Below, one piece after another: positions 17,046 through 17,901 of a stretch of DNA of 17,901 bases; the first letter of the stretch is position 1, and each line of letters begins with the position of its first letter. Under the pieces are notes generated by a model. That model did not search any database, was not told where the DNA came from, and was given only the letters and a program-made list of their open reading frames with translations. The position numbers and the translations under genes are program-made. The DNA is taken from NCBI GenBank assembly GCA_038205935.1, contig JBBRBK010000039.1, positions 1 to 17,901 on the forward strand. The letters run 5' to 3'. The stretch comes from Campylobacterales bacterium (GTDB taxonomy: Bacteria; Campylobacterota; Campylobacteria; Campylobacterales; Sulfurimonadaceae).

Positions 17046-17306
17046 TTATTTTACTATTCCAAAAACGTCATCAATGTCAATCACAATGTACTTAGTACCA
17101 TCAAAAGACAATTCATTTCCACTATATTTTCCAAACACAACAGTATCTCCATTTGTGATACTTTTCACTTCTTCACTTACTGCGACTACTTTGCCTTGAG
17201 ACGGCTTTTCTTTGGCATTATCTGGGATTATTATACCAGTAGATGTAGTGCTAGCCTCTTCCATACGTTCAACTAAAATACGGTTTCCTAGTGGTTGAAA
17301 ATTCAT
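17046..17306 (-). CDS. groES: Co-chaperonin GroES
   Basis: [42 protein letters not shown]; directly upstream of groEL; AGGAG SD. Confidence 0.99.
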   Translation of the reverse strand: MNFQPLGNRILVERMEEASTTSTGIIIPDNAKEKPSQGKVVAVSEEVKSITNGDTVVFGKYSGNELSFDGTKYIVIDIDDVFGIVK

Positions 17307-17333
17307 ATATTTTCTCCTAAATAATTTTATGGG

Positions 17334-17362
17334 ATTTTACAAGATTAAAGTAACAATGTCAA
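17334..17362 (-). promoter_or_regulatory. Sigma70-type groESL promoter
   Basis: TTGACA (17362-17357), 17-nt spacer, TAAAAT (17339-17334). Confidence 0.8.
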
Positions 17363-17365
17363 CGA

Positions 17366-17386
17366 ATTGAGTCAAATAGACTAAGA
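17366..17386. promoter_or_regulatory. HAIR-like (HspR) operator next to the groESL -35
   Basis: ATTGAGT-caaatag-ACTAAGA compared with the HAIR consensus CTTGAGT-N7-ACTCAAG; core AGTC-N5-GACT is a perfect dyad. HspR represses groESL in Helicobacter and Campylobacter. Confidence 0.65.
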
Positions 17387-17498
17387 GATATTTATTGTTT
17401 ATGACTATAGTTTATATATCATTCAAATGAAAACGTACATGTAAAGAAATTTAATGAAGAAAATAACTCATTTTAAGAATTATAAAGGTTTACTACTA

Positions 17499-17504
17499 TA
17501 TAAT
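17499..17504 (+). promoter_or_regulatory. -10 box of the tRNA promoter
   Basis: TATAAT ending 17 nt upstream of the tRNA 5' end, in an AT-rich region. Confidence 0.6.
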
Positions 17505-17520
17505 TCTGCCTCTAAAAAAT

Positions 17521-17597
17521 GTCAAGGTAGCTCAGCTGGTTAGAGCACTGGTCTCATAAGCCGGGGGTCGCGGGTTCAAGTCCCGCTCTTGACACCA
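17521..17597 (+). tRNA. tRNA with CAT anticodon, most likely elongator tRNA-Met
   Basis: Cloverleaf: acceptor GTCAAGG/TCTTGAC, D arm GCTC..GAGC, anticodon arm CTGGT-CTCATAA-GCCGG, T arm GCGGG-TTCAAGT-CCCGC, encoded ACCA. G1-C72 pair and no GGG/CCC anticodon stem, so not initiator; Ile2 not strictly excluded. Confidence 0.95.
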
Positions 17598-17637
17598 CCA
17601 CTCCCTATTTTACGCACTTTCAACGATTTTTACCCCT

Positions 17638-17670
17638 TTGTTTCACAAGTTGTTTCACTTTTTGTTTCAC
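17638..17670 (+). repeat. Three perfect TTGTTTCAC direct repeats, candidate integrase arm-type sites
   Basis: Copies start at 17638, 17650 and 17662 (12-bp period), between the tRNA 3' end and an integrase-like ORF. Confidence 0.7.
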
Positions 17671-17682
17671 TATTGGACTGAA

Positions 17683-17901
17683 ATGAAATATCTAATCGAA
17701 CACCACGAAACCTTTTATTATCGCAGAAAACTACAATATCAAAACATTTGCCTATCATTAAAAACAAAAAATAAAGTTGAAGCTAAATATATCATTGATA
17801 TAATCAACTCTAAAATTGAACTATTGAGAAGCTATATGGATTTTTTTAAGTCTTTCATCAAAAAAACTATACTACCCTCATGTGCTTTTAATACCCTTAT
17901 T
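17683..17901 (+). mobile_element. N-terminus of a DUF6538-like tyrosine integrase (partial, possibly a truncated remnant)
   Basis: Not in the ORF track. Open frame from ATG 17683 to the edge: MKYLIEHHETFYYRRKLQYQNICLSLKTKNKVEAKYIIDIINSKI..., matching the YL...YYxRR...SLxTxxxxxA pattern of integrase N-terminal DNA-binding domains; lies 85 nt after a tRNA. Confidence 0.6.

Noticed and set aside
17595..17600. CCACCA at the tRNA 3' end as a degradation tag
   Set aside because: CCACCA tagging is post-transcriptional; the second genomic CCA is most simply trailer sequence.
17638..17670. TTGTTTCAC repeats as DnaA boxes or a replication origin
   Set aside because: They differ from TTWTNCACA, there is no dnaA or rep gene in view, and the tRNA-plus-integrase context explains them better.

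Overview
AT-rich chromosomal window from a Campylobacterota (epsilonproteobacterial) genome. A Sulfurimonas/Sulfuricurvum-like origin is inferred from protein style and promoter motifs. Left to right: partial DUF5718-like gene, YbiT-like ABC-F ATPase, YchJ/SEC-C protein, a PAS-PAS-GGDEF-EAL gene followed by pta-ackA, a putative sigma28-driven hypothetical protein, a PglG-like membrane protein and a Gdx/SugE-type SMR exporter. Next is a tightly overlapping response regulator / TonB-dependent receptor / sensor kinase cassette followed by a PAS-GGDEF cyclase, then groEL-groES, tRNA-Met(CAT) and the edge of a tRNA-targeted integrative element or its remnant. The best candidate for an undescribed system is the RR-TBDR-HK-DGC module (9875-15203). 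The receptor is sandwiched between the two-component genes by overlapping reading frames, and the same 11-bp-period tandem repeat precedes a -10 box upstream of both the RR and the cyclase. This suggests an outer-membrane-uptake to kinase to c-di-GMP circuit. Other notable items are REP-like hairpins with an alternative anti-SD pairing in the groES-groEL spacer, and integrase arm-site-like repeats after tRNA-Met. All family calls come from motif recognition by eye; no searches were run.
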